From the human T2T-CHM13v2.0 reference genome, Homo sapiens: 64,000 bases of DNA. Below the pieces are notes generated by a model that made no database searches, was not told the origin of the DNA, and worked only from the letters and a program-made list of their open reading frames with translations. The translations under genes and the position numbers were made by a program. The stretch is from contig CP068257.2 of the NCBI GenBank assembly GCA_009914755.4, positions 40,800,001-40,864,000 of the forward strand, written 5' to 3'. This document shows positions 27,018 through 38,045 of the stretch, in pieces (position 1 is the stretch's first letter; the number at the start of each line of letters is the position of its first letter).

Positions 27018-27110
27018 GGGACGCGCTACTGGACAGTGGTATCAGAATCAGCTCTGTGTTTGCCTCCCCAGCCCTCCGCTGTGTGCAGACGGCCAAACTC
27101 ATCCTGGAAG
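27018..27110 (+). CDS. UBASH3A: UBASH3A coding exon: (G)DALLDSGIRISSVFASPALRCVQTAKLILE(E)
   Basis: Acceptor tttccAG at 27016-27017. Donor GT at 27111-27112. Phase-consistent with the flanking exons. Confidence 0.85.
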
Positions 27111-29159
27111 GTCAGTGAGAACCTCGGTGAGCCTCTCCTACTGCCTTGACCTTGGGGCTATTCTCCAAGGGGAGTGGGAAGGGAGTGGAGGTGGAATTGG
27201 ATGACTGGCAATGAATGCCCACACCAAAGTCATCAGGCAAGTACGAGCCAGCCCTCCAAGGATGCTGGCAGGCATGCTGGGTCCGTGAGCGTGTCTGGAA
27301 TACCAGGACCGTCAGACCAGTAGGGGCTGGTGTAGCTAAATGCCAGGGCCTGTCCTCATACCGTTTCTCTTTGGCCTCCGTCAGCTAGGCATTTTTAAAA
27401 TACACCTGGAAAGCGGCATTCGAAAACCTTGAGAGCTGGGAACTGCTACGGTTCCTTGTAAGTCTGAATTGCATGACCCTTCCCAGGGCAATGCACTGGG
27501 CCAGTGGAGCTGTCCAGCGTCCTCAAGGGCTGATGTGTGTCAGGAAGTCCTGGGCAGACCCTTCTGCAGCTCCCATCTACGGGAAGAAGAAAGTTCCTGC
27601 CCATAGGAGAGCAGCTTGTTCCAGAGGCCTGGGCTCTGCCTTCAGCCTGAACCCTGTCCTGCTCCTCTTTGTCTGGGAAGAGGGATAAGATCTCGGTCCC
27701 CAGGCAGGGACTGGCCGTGGCCAGGAGCATGGGTGACATGCGAGAGAGCATGTCGCCTCCATGGTGACAAGGGAGAGGGCAGAGCACACAGACACAGATG
27801 CAGCAGGAGGGCAAATGTGGGGGACAGGGCTTGCCTCGACTTTCTCAGAGACCTAGGAAGTAAGGCCACCAGCGGAAAGTGGGGGCAGGGACTGTGGGAA
27901 GTTTGGGGTGCACCGAAGGAATGAATGGCTGTCAGGCAGAGGGGCCCAGGACATGGGCTGGGAGATGCAGAGTGACCGCTGGGCAGCACTCAGAGCCCAC
28001 CCACAGTTCATGAGCATGAGTTTAAATGGAGATGCATCAGCCGGGCTAGGGGGTCTCTTCCAGCTTAGACCGGGAGTAGGTGGAGAGTGGGATGCAGGTA
28101 AGGGCAGGGTTGAGCTGTGAGTACGGTGGAGCCAGAGGGGACAGGAAGACTTGAGGGCATAGTGAGGGGGTGACCGTGCCCATGGACTTTCAGCTGGGTC
28201 AGCGAGGAGGCCGAGCACGGGGGAGGTGAGTGCAGGAGAAAGGAGGTGATCTGAGTGAGGCTCAAGGTCCACGAGGGGGCTGCTTGGAGACAGCAGAGTT
28301 TGGCACTGCACCATGGCGGGGCTGCAGTGGCTAGAATGACAAGTCCCAGGTGGAAGGAATGGATGCTCAAGGCAGGGAGGAAGCCACGTCCTGCAGGAGG
28401 TGGGCAGGAATGGAGGGGCCATGGAGGAGCCATCCCGCAGATGGTGGTCTTGCTGGGACTTGCACATGGGGCCACATCAGAGCTGGGGCCACGAGGGGCC
28501 GGGACCTTCACAGGAGGAGCCGTTGGGACAGCAGTGGATTCAATGCACACATGTGCATTGCCGGTTCCCATGTCCTCAGATCCCCTTCGCCCCGTCAGAG
28601 ACGCTCCCTCAGAGCACCTTCAAATCCAGGTGCCCAGGAAGCCCCAGCCAGGAGCGGACCTGGTTCCACCCCGGAGCCTCTCAGGCTCATCATTCCTGTC
28701 CTGTGCTCTCATGAACTTTCCATCCCATAGTCCAGTCCTAGTTTCACGAGGCACAGAAATCCATTGTATCAGCATGGAGCATCCACGATCCACCTTCCAC
28801 ACACTTAAAAATGTCAAGACACTTTCTGCCCACCTCAGTCTTGCAGCTTCATCCTTTCATTTCCCACCCAACTGTGGCACAGGACCCCACCCCTCTGCAC
28901 GGCATCTCGGGTCACAAGACAGAAATGCAGACTTACTTCACTTTGCCTTGGAGGTTCCCATGTTGATTGCATCACGGCACCTCTGGGCTCTCAATGAGCC
29001 AGATGAAGATCAAAGAACAATATCAGCTTCTTTGACCAAACCACGAAAGGACTCGCGAATCCCCAAAGGCCTGACGGCAGTGTAGCCGGAGGCCAGAGGC
29101 AGCTCCACCCGAGGGCAAGCAAGGCTTCCACAATCCTTGTCTCTCCTCACAACGCTGGC

Positions 29160-29585
29160 ATGCACATACACAGCACACACATCCACACACACCACACACA
29201 CACCACACGCCACACACACACTACACACACCCACACACACACCATGCACACCCACACACCACACACACCCACACACACCACACACACCCACACACACTAC
29301 ACATACACACCACACACCACACACACACCACACACCACACACACCACCTACACCCACACACACCCACACACAACACACAACACACACACCACACACATAA
29401 CATACAACACGCTGAACACACATACCACACACACACCACACACCTCACACACACCACACACATACACACACCACACACACGACACACACCACACATCCAC
29501 ACACACACCACACCCCACACACACCCACACACCACACACACAACACACACCCACACACACACCACACACACCACATACACCCCTT
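29160..29585. repeat. Complex CA-rich simple repeat ((CCACACA)n/(CA)n), about 425 bp
   Basis: acatacacagcacacacatccacacacaccacacacacaccacacgccacacacacac... The tool ORFs across this region are Thr/His- or Cys/Val-rich artefacts. Confidence 0.9.
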
Positions 29586-30577
29586 GGGGTTTCACTTGGG
29601 GGCTGAGTCACAGACCGCAGAGGAGGAGGCTGTGATCTTTGAGAGCCATGACCCCAGCCCAGGTGACAGGGTCCCGCGATGTCCGCCTCTCCCTGTTCCC
29701 ATGCTCACAGCAGCAGGTCCAGCCTTCGTGTTTTCAGGAAGGCCTGAGAAACAGGACGTGGCCTTTCCAGCTCTGCGCTTTGGGAGGGACGAGGGTGGCA
29801 AGATCAGAAATGTGAAGGGGCAGGGTCTCCGAGTATCTGGGGACCCTTCAGTGTGAGGGTGGCTCTTAATAACTATGATGGAATAAAGCAAAATTGATAT
29901 ATAGCAATTTCATCCCTGGTTGTTTAGGATCAATGTATTTATAATTAACCAAACACCTATAATCATAAGATGTGAACCAAGCAAGAAATGCACACAAATA
30001 TATGACAAGAGGGGAACAGGCCTGTGCCTCAGTTTCCCCTCTTCTCCCCTGTCGCTGGTCTTTGCACCCCACCACTCAGTGAGCGCATTTTGTTGGAAAC
30101 CACCTAAGATGCTGCTGTTCTTCCACTAAGTTTCAGAATCACTTTGGTTTCTGCCACTGGCTGGCCGCCCACTAGCAGGCCGTGCGAGAGTCCCCAGGTC
30201 GCCTGTGCCTGCCAGGCCAGCAACAACAGTCTCCTCTCACTGGGGCTTTTACTGCCTCAGCCTGCAAGTTTCCCTTCTAGTGAAAACCTTCGTCTTTCTT
30301 TCCCTACCCAACCTCTCTCACCACGATAACAACAACGAATAAAAAAGGAATCTCTTGGCCAGCCTTTGTAATAAAAGAATACGACTGACTGAAAACACTT
30401 CATAATTTTATCTTTTTTTTGTCATTGTTCGTGGTTCCTCATTAACACACTTATTCCCATTTTTGGTGGATTTTTTTACTTCTATTATTTGGGTCACTTG
30501 CATATAAAAAGCTTTCAAAAATGTCTTTTGCCAGCAATAATGTCAAAATCTTTAATGTGATCTCTCAGTGACCTTTA

Positions 30578-30620
30578 AGTGCAGATGATGATGATGGTGA
30601 TGATGATGGTGATGATGCCT
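30578..30620. repeat. (GAT/GGT)n triplet microsatellite
   Basis: gatgatgatgatggtgatgatgatggtgatgatg. Confidence 0.8.
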
Positions 30621-30935
30621 GTTTAAAGGGCATGGGTTTATAAATCCTCTGTTAATTCAGAAAAACAAGGACACCCAGTCTTCTTTACAAGGCCTCAGAC
30701 ATGATCAACCTGCTTATCAGATGGTGTCTGAGATGCTAAGGTGCTCAACTTTGTTTAAATTCAATGTCAGAGAATGTCCACATGAACCATTTCACAGCCA
30801 AGTCCACAAAACACTGGCCTGCAAGAGGTCTTCAAAGGAAAGAGACCCATGGCCACACCTGTCTGGGAAGCTCTCACACTGTTCCTTCATCTTATTTGTT
30901 CACAATGGAAATGAGCTCTTCACAGGCTTGGGGGA

Positions 30936-31255
30936 GATTTCGGGGGCCTGGTTAATCAGGGAGGACTTGGGGGCCCAGTTGATGGGGGAGGACTCGGGGG
31001 CCTGGTTGATGGAGGAGGACTTGGGGGCCTGGTTGATGAAGGAGGACTCGGGGGCCTGGTTGATGGGGGAGGACTCAGGGGCCTGGTTGATGGAGGAGGA
31101 CTCGGGGGCCTGGTTGGATGGGGGAGGACTCGGGAGCCTGGTTGATGGGGGAGGACTCGGGGGCCTGGTTGATGGGGGAGGACTTGGAGGTCTGGTTGAT
31201 GAAGGAGGACTTGGGGGCCTGGTTGATTGGGGAGAACTTGGGGGCCTGATTAACT
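30936..31255. repeat. 30-bp minisatellite of about 10.5 copies, consensus GGAGGACTCGGGGGCCTGGTTGATGGGG, G-rich on the + strand
   Basis: The unit recurs with point variants (gatgaagg, gatggagg, ttgg/tcgg). It creates the artefactual 180-aa ORF 30721..31263 (EDSGAWLMG repeats). It lies in the intron upstream of the exon at 31982-32126. Confidence 0.9.
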
Positions 31256-31981
31256 TGCTTTAACTCTCTTTTCTAAGCATGCTTGATGAAAGAGCTCCTT
31301 CCATGGACCTAAAACACATTTGAGGAACTGATTTTATGTCCAGCATTTGAGTTCAATGACATCTTCTCCATTCCCAGTGAAAACATTCAGGTCTTTTTTT
31401 CCACTCAAAAAGAGATGGCCTTACTTTATGGCTCTTCCTTTAATCAAAATATAAAATGCTTGGGAAATGTGAGTTGCAGGGAGTCAGAATATTCCAGAAG
31501 ATGGCTCCTTCCATTCTTCACCTCTTGCCCCGTCTGTGTAAGTGTTTATCAGGAAAGTGCCTCATGAGGCCAACATTCTTCATGATGGGTCACATCTTGT
31601 CCATTGATCATTGGATCTGCCATGTTGGAGGATGCAGCCGGTGGGCTGGTTTCACGGTGGAGCTGTGCTGGGTGCTCAGGTGAGCCCCAGCCTAAGCCTG
31701 CTGCCTGGGACACTCACCAGCTCCTGGAAGACTCTGGCCCTTCCTGGCACACAGGGGGCCATCACTCCTCTGATACCTTCCCACTGCTCGTCAGTTTTGA
31801 CTTCAGAAATAGCACAGCTATGCCTAATCACAGAACGGTATTTGCCAAGAAGAAAATCACACTGTTTAAAAGGCATGATTTAGACATGTGTGTGACGGTC
31901 TGAGATCTAAAAGGAGACTTATTTATGCAAAGTCAGGGTGGATGTTGAGGATGATAAACACTTGTATTCTGTTGAATCCAG

Positions 31982-32126
31982 AACTCAAACTGGAGAAAAA
32001 AATCAAGATACGAGTGGAACCTGGAATCTTTGAATGGACAAAATGGGAAGCTGGCAAAACCACCCCAACCCTCATGAGCCTGGAAGAGCTGAAAGAGGCA
32101 AATTTCAACATTGACACTGATTACAG
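31982..32126 (+). CDS. UBASH3A: UBASH3A coding exon: (E)LKLEKKIKIRVEPGIFEWTKWEAGKTTPTLMSLEELKEANFNIDTDY(R)
   Basis: Acceptor gaatccAG at 31980-31981. Donor GT at 32127-32128. Phase 1 in, phase 2 out. Confidence 0.85.
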
Positions 32127-32841
32127 GTATGCTGTTCTAAAGTTCTCTGCCACTGGGGCTTTTCCAGTTATTGTTAAAGAAAAATTTCATGACACTGTTA
32201 AAATGGTAAGAAAGACTTTATTCAAGAGGGACCACTGCAGTGGGGTTTTGCAGCAGGGGAGAGAGGTGGGGCTCAACTCCTAATACAAGGAAAAGAGGGG
32301 AGTTATAGCCACAGAGCAGGGTGGGGGTCAGTGGATGGAAAATTCCTGAGAAGGTGGGTCATTCTTGCTAAACTGACCTAAATGGAGACTCTTGCTGAAG
32401 GCAGGCCAAGGTGATCAGACATCACCTGGGGGGTGGTAGAGGATAAGGAACTTGATCAGATGTCGAAGGTAGGAGGTTCTTGCTAAACTCACTCTGCAAG
32501 AACAGACACAGAAGCCCAAGGGTCAAGACCTCATTGAGAAGAAGGTTCAGAGGAGCTGGACTGGAGTTTAGTCAAGGAGAGAGTCTTTGTCATTCTCCAC
32601 CCATGTCTGACTCTGCCATCACAGAGCCCTCCTGGTGTTGAGTAAGAATGTGTGCTGGAGATTGACTGTCAGTGCTTTGCCAGTTTTCAGCACAAAACTG
32701 GAGCCTGCCTGTTGACCATGAGCCTGCCTTGAGGCAGAGCCATCCTGGAAGAACGTTCTCCTTCCCCAGCTAACTGCAGCTGAGCCTTCCTAATCCCTAC
32801 GAAAGTGCCAGGGCAGCAGCCTCTCCTTCTCATCCTTCCAG

Positions 32842-32948
32842 GCCCGCGTTTCCCCTGTCCGCCCTCATGCCGGCCGAGAGCTACCAGGAGTACATGGACA
32901 GGTGCACGGCGAGCATGGTGCAAATCGTCAACACCTGTCCGCAGGACA
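32842..32948 (+). CDS. UBASH3A: UBASH3A coding exon: (R)PAFPLSALMPAESYQEYMDRCTASMVQIVNTCPQD(T)
   Basis: Acceptor ccttccAG at 32840-32841. Donor GT(aag) at 32949-32950. Phase 2 in, phase 1 out. Confidence 0.85.
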
Positions 32949-32989
32949 GTAAGTGCCTCACCATCCTCAGTATGAACAGCCCCTGGGGC

Positions 32990-33400
32990 TTGGGGAATTA
33001 TCTCTGAGATGGAAATTGGCCAATTTTCTGAACCTATGAATGCCCCTACTTCTCCTGCCTGCCCCCGCCCCCATTCTCCAGCAACAAAGTTTTCATCACT
33101 GCTGCTGCTGCTGCAGTAACCGGGTGCACAGACACACACTCCCCTGCCGCCCAGGCCCTGGGACCCCCCATCCTGGGACTGAGTGCTGATGGGAGGGGAA
33201 TGATCTCTGAGATGGAAATTGGCCGATTTTCTGAACCTATGAATGCCCCCACTTCCCCTGCCCGCCCCCCACCATTCTCCAGCAACAAAGTTTTCATCAC
33301 TGCTGCTGCTGGTGCAGTAACCGGGTGCACAGACACACACTCCCCTGCCGCCCAGGCCTTGGAACCCCCCATCCTGGGACTGAATGCTGATGGGACCCAG
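32990..33400. repeat. Tandem duplication of 2 x about 200 bp (copies about 32993-33196 and 33197-33400, about 93% identical), each carrying (CTG)5
   Basis: gggaattatctctgagatggaaattggccaattttctgaacctatgaatgcccc... is repeated as ggaatgatctctgagatggaaattggccgattttctgaacctatgaatgcccc... It starts 45 bp after the donor of the exon at 32842-32948. Confidence 0.9.
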
Positions 33401-34064
33401 GCCAGCAGGGTCAGCACAATCCACCCATGTCCAAGGGATTTGAGTCAGCTTCCTGGGAAACAAAAGAGACAGAGAGAGAAAGAACAACCAACTTCCAGGT
33501 GGCGCCCCCTTCCCTGACCCATCACACGGGTCTCCTAACCCTCCCGTGTTGCTTTGTCCTGGATGAAGCATGCACAGAAGCGCTGACTTCCCACGCCTTC
33601 CCCTGAGCTGGCAGGGACAAGCGTGTCTCCTGAGGGAGACCCACTCGGCCTGTGGTCTCCAGGTGTTCTTATCTAAAGCAGGAGTCGTAGCAGGCTCGTG
33701 TGACAAAATAACCGGCTGACCTTTCTAAAGTGAATCAGGTCTGGCTTGGGCGTCAGCCACCGCTACATCCCAGTCTGTGGCTGACGGGGCCCAGGCAGCC
33801 AGCGACCACAGGGGGTGGCTCAGCTCACTTCCTAGGCCTCCCTGAGGCTGGTGGGCAGCTGCTGCGTGCAGAGGAATCCATGAGCGAGGGTGGGACGCAG
33901 GCATCACTGAGCGGTTACCAGCCACACTACTTCTAGCCCAGGGGTCTCGCCAGGCTTCGGGGCACTCTGAGATAGCTCTGCCCCCCACCACTTTGGGGAC
34001 CCCAGTCTAATAAAAGGTGCTCTCTGGGGCTGCTTTGACCTGGAGGTGTTCTTGTTTTCCACAG

Positions 34065-34174
34065 CGGGTGTCATCCTAATTGTGAGTCACGGCTCCACTC
34101 TGGACTCCTGCACGCGGCCACTGCTCGGGCTGCCGCCCCGGGAATGTGGGGATTTTGCCCAACTCGTGAGAAAG
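34065..34174 (+). CDS. UBASH3A: UBASH3A coding exon containing the second catalytic His (SHGS) of the PGM-like fold: (T)GVILIVSHGSTLDSCTRPLLGLPPRECGDFAQLVRK
   Basis: Acceptor ttttccacAG at 34063-34064. Donor GT(acg) at 34175-34176. Phase 1 in, phase 0 out. Confidence 0.85.
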
Positions 34175-36587
34175 GTACGCGCCCACTCTTGGCTCTTTGG
34201 GCCACAAAATCAAGCATCCCGAAGACACAGGTTTATCTCATCCACTTCTCGGAATGAAAACAAGTGTCCGGCTGACCCAGGGCCACCAGGATCCACGTGC
34301 CCCCGGAGACTGTGCCCACCGGCTCTTATGCGAAGGGTGACTTCGGGCTGGGGCTGGTGGATAGGTCAGTCAACCTCATCATCATTGGCCACTTGCCAAC
34401 TTTTTACCAGTCAGCTCATGCCATGACCCCTTGCAGCTCTCGTAGAAAAACAGACGGTCCAGGAAGGAGTAAGCAGTTTAGATGAGGAGGGAAGAAACGA
34501 CTGTGGGACTCGATTCTGGCCTCTTCTGGGGACCTGGGGCAGGGCGGCTGATGGATGAAAAGGAGCCCCTTGATCCTCTTGCCCTTGGAGTCACCCAGCA
34601 TGGAAGAAGCTTGAGCTGGTTGTAGCTGCCAGAGTGCTCAGGCTCTGGCAAGGGCCTTGTGAATGACAAACAGAGGATAACGCACACGTGACATCTTGGA
34701 CAACCTTGATTATCACTTAGCAAAGCCAGAGGGTGATGTCCAGTCCATGGGTGAATTGAGGCAGGCAAACTCAGGAGTGCAGATCCCACCCCAGTCCCAG
34801 CCCTTCCCTGCAGATCTACTCAAGGCTGGACTCACCACAGTCCTGACCTTTTTATGAAATTCATCAGTCCACTGGTCAGTGCCCAGGCAGCACGTGCAGC
34901 ATAGACAATGCCTGTCATCGGAGGTGCTTGAGGCCCTGACCTGGTTTCTTCACATAGCACTGCCACAGGACCACACTGGCCACAGCTTGTTTGCCATAAG
35001 TTGTGGGCAGCAGTGGGGGTTGCTGAGTCCCCCCAAGAGGTCAGGGGCTTCAGAGGAGCCCAACTCCCGGGCCCAGCCCAGTGACACCAGCCAGGTGCCT
35101 GCAGGAGGGCTTAGCTCTCTAGCTACGCCTGCCTCAGCAGCCAGATGAGAGGTTACGCACATGAAGAGCATGCCTGCCGTGGGTCATTGTCACTCAGCAA
35201 TTAGGCATCAGACACCCGAATCTCCCTTTCTTGCTCCATTTTCCTCTGCACCTGAGTAGAAACATGCTTCCCCTGCAAAATGTCTCCAGGGTGGTGTGTC
35301 CCAATTATGATCCAGACATTTCCGAGCGCCCTGGATTCTTGAGCCACCAGGTGAGCATTGTCCAAATAGGGCAGCTCAACCCCCCTGGGCCACACTGGTA
35401 GAGGTCTGCATGGATTTTCCTGGGGACTGTCCGGGGCAGCCCCGGCACCACCTGCTCCCAAAATGTTGCTCTTGCTTCTGCAAATGGGTCTCCCACACAT
35501 GCGCTCTGATGCATTCCTCCTGTCCCTGCCCCGCTTCCCACAGTCCCATATACACATACCAAGCCTCCAGCCCCAGGCGCTCCTGGGGGCCCACGTAACC
35601 AAGGGTGGCAGCACTGCACACACCAGCTGCTGACAGTTCCTCAAACCCATGAGGCTTTGTGGCCAAAGCTCCACCCACTCCTTGGACCCTTCACCCCCTT
35701 CCATAGATGCCAATCTTGAACTTCCAAACTCCTGGACTTTCTTATGCTGGTCACGTGGCGTTCACCCTGCCCCTACCCCAAAATAAGCTGGACTTGCTCA
35801 TGCATATCAGAAAATACAAAGGGGGGGCTCTACCAAATGATGGGCCCCCAAATCAGGGCAGCTGGAAAGGGAGCACTCAGGACCCTCCCCGACCAGCCCA
35901 TCACCGCCCCTCGCCCACAGCCTCTGCAAGCGTGAGGAAAGAATCACCCTAGGGTCAACACCAGCCTCACTCAGACCCCCCTGCCAGTTGGCATTTTTGT
36001 AAATTTCATCTGCCTGAGGAATTTCTAGACATTAGAAAGAGGAAGGAAAGAAAGAAAAGAAAAGACAAAAACAAAAAAGGCTTCACCACAAAGCTCTGTT
36101 CTCACACATCCATTTCACAGATGAAGGGATGGAGGTCTAAAGGTTCACTTTGTGCTTTTCTTTTGGGTCTGAAAACTCAATGTCTGTGTCTTTTTGTGAT
36201 GCTGAATATGAGAATATGAGTCACTCCTTAAGTGGTGGATGGCAATCTCCACCTCAGCCTGCAGACCTTTGTGGTGGGGGCTGTTCTACTCATTGTAGGA
36301 TGTACCACCTTGTAGGACCTCTACCTGCTAGGTGTCGGCAGCACCTCCATCCTCAGTTGTGACAATCAGAAATGTCTCCGGAATTACCCAGTGTCCCCTG
36401 GCTAGGGGACATCCCCCACGGGGCACCGCCAGGGCAGATGTTGGTGCCATTCAATGGTGGCAGTGCCAGCCTGGGCAGTCGCAGACCCTCCAAAGTAGAG
36501 GTGTGCCTGACAGTTGGCTTTGGAGCTAGTCTGAAATTGATGGACTTGCTATAAGATATTAACAAGTGATTTAAAACTCTGTTCCAG

Positions 36588-36725
36588 ATCCCTTCCCTGG
36601 GCATGTGCTTCTGTGAAGAAAATAAAGAGGAAGGAAAATGGGAGTTGGTGAACCCACCGGTGAAGACCCTGACCCACGGGGCGAACGCAGCATTTAACTG
36701 GAGGAACTGGATCTCAGGCAACTGA
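36588..36725 (+). CDS. UBASH3A: UBASH3A terminal coding exon: IPSLGMCFCEENKEEGKWELVNPPVKTLTHGANAAFNWRNWISGN*, with stop TGA at 36723-36725
   Basis: Acceptor gttccAG at 36586-36587. The frame runs 46 codons to TGA. The 3'UTR follows. Confidence 0.85.
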   Translation: MPSLGMCFCEENKEEGKWELVNPPVKTLTHGANAAFNWRNWISGN

Positions 36726-37205
36726 GAGCCACGGTGATGTTGTCATAACCTCAGAGTGGAGAGGCAGAAACCATGTGCAGAGGCTGGGAGATGCTGCTGT
36801 TTCCAGAGGCGTCTTAGTCTCACCCAATGTGATTTGTAGAAGCACGAGACGCACTTTTATATCCCGGAATATTTCCCTCCGGCTTTCGCCTTTGTAACTC
36901 CCATCTGTGGACCCATCGTCCACCAGCCCAGCTGCGGGGAGCACAGGGCAGGTGGCTGGGTGAGGATGCCGCCCTGCAGCATGTACACCGAGTGTCTGCA
37001 GCTGGGGACACAACTGCCCGGGACTCTAACTTCCAGGAATTAAAGACTCACCACACACGAAGGATCTAACCACTTCATTTTCCATGGTCTAATCATTAAA
37101 TTCCCAATCGTTTTTTCTTTTTCTGGGTCCATCACTCTTTAGCCATATCCACATGGGCTAAAACAGGTGTAATAGTCAATAAAATGGTCCCAGAAAACCA
37201 TCGAC
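36726..37205 (+). other. UBASH3A: UBASH3A 3' UTR (about 475 nt) up to the predicted cleavage site
   Basis: It runs from the stop codon to about 20 nt past the AATAAA at 37178-37183. The length fits a roughly 2.5-kb mRNA. Confidence 0.6.
37178..37183 (+). terminator. UBASH3A: Polyadenylation signal AATAAA for UBASH3A
   Basis: Canonical hexamer (gtcAATAAAatgg), the first one downstream of the stop codon at a plausible UTR length. A CA-rich repeat starts about 130 bp downstream. Confidence 0.55.
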
Positions 37206-37309
37206 CAGGTCAAAACTGGGTTGCTGCTCCGTGCTGTCAACATTCATGTTACTATGTCTCTGTGGTTGCTGTAACCAATGACCACAAACCTGGGGGTCAT
37301 GGAAAGAAC

Positions 37310-37315
37310 ACAAAC

Positions 37316-37349
<34 letters not shown>

Positions 37350-37650
37350 CACATACACACATGCACATATGCATACAAAGACAGGCACACACGAGCATGC
37401 ACACACACAAACACGTGCACATACACATGCGCACACACATGCACACGCACATGCACACACACGCAGGTACACAAGCATGCAAACACACATACACATACAA
37501 ACGCGTGCATGCATACATGCACACATGAGCACACAAACACATGCACACACTTGCACACATGCACACAAAGGCATACACATGCAATGCACACACACAAACA
37601 CACATGCACACACAGGCACACACACGCTCACATGCACACACACACACGCT
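37310..37650. repeat. Complex CA-rich repeat ((CA)n/(CACATG)n), about 340 bp, immediately downstream of the UBASH3A poly(A) site
   Basis: acacacacacacacacacacacacaggcacatacacacatgcacatatgcatac... Confidence 0.9.
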
Positions 37651-37659
37651 GACTCTCCT

Positions 37660-38045
37660 ACGGTTCTGGAGGTTGGCATTTTCTCAGCAGGCTATGTTTC
37701 TTCTGGAGCCTCCAGGGGAGGATCCTTGCCTTTTCTCACTTTTAGAGGCCACCTGCATCCTCCCTCCTCAAGTACAGCGGCGTAGCAGCCTCCAAGCTCT
37801 CTCAGTCTCTGCCTTCACAGCCACATCGCCTTCTGCTTCTGACTCTCCTGCCTCCCTCCTACAAGGGCCCTTGTGTTGACACTGGGCCCACCCAATAACC
37901 CAGGATCAATTCTCATCTCAAGAGCCTTAACCACACATGCAAAGTCCCTTTTGCCACATAAAGTTGCATATTCCCAGGTCCCGGGGATTAGGACATGAAC
38001 ATCTTTGGGGGTTATCCTGTAGCCTGCCATAACATACCCCAATCC
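37660..38045 (+). mobile_element. Ancient LTR-like interspersed repeat fragment (MaLR/MLT1-like, tentative)
   Basis: ...ttctggagcctccaggggaggatccttgccttttctcacttttagaggccacctgcatcc...gggcccacccaataacccaggatcaattctc...ggattaggacatgaacatctttggggg. Confidence 0.45.

Noticed and set aside
28255-29085. 276-aa + ORF and overlapping 168/204-aa minus ORFs at 27.8-29.1 kb
   Set aside because: It is a GC-rich intronic sequence with mutually overlapping ORFs in several frames, the hallmark of composition-driven ORFs. There are no recognisable motifs and no splice junctions in phase with neighbouring exons.
25086-31255. Regularly spaced short direct repeats that could superficially resemble CRISPR arrays
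   Set aside because: This is eukaryotic primate DNA. The repeats are contiguous, with no unique spacers between units, and there are no cas-like ORFs. They are ordinary minisatellites.
30721-31263. 180-aa ORF with repeated EDSGAWLMG motifs
   Set aside because: It is produced by reading through the 30-bp minisatellite. The unit length is a multiple of 3, so the frame stays open. It is intronic and has no codon-usage or splice support.
32687-33706. 339-aa minus-strand ORF
   Set aside because: It is antisense to the UBASH3A exon 32842-32948 and extends through the 2 x 200-bp tandem duplication. The duplicated peptide segments confirm it is repeat-generated. It is not a gene.
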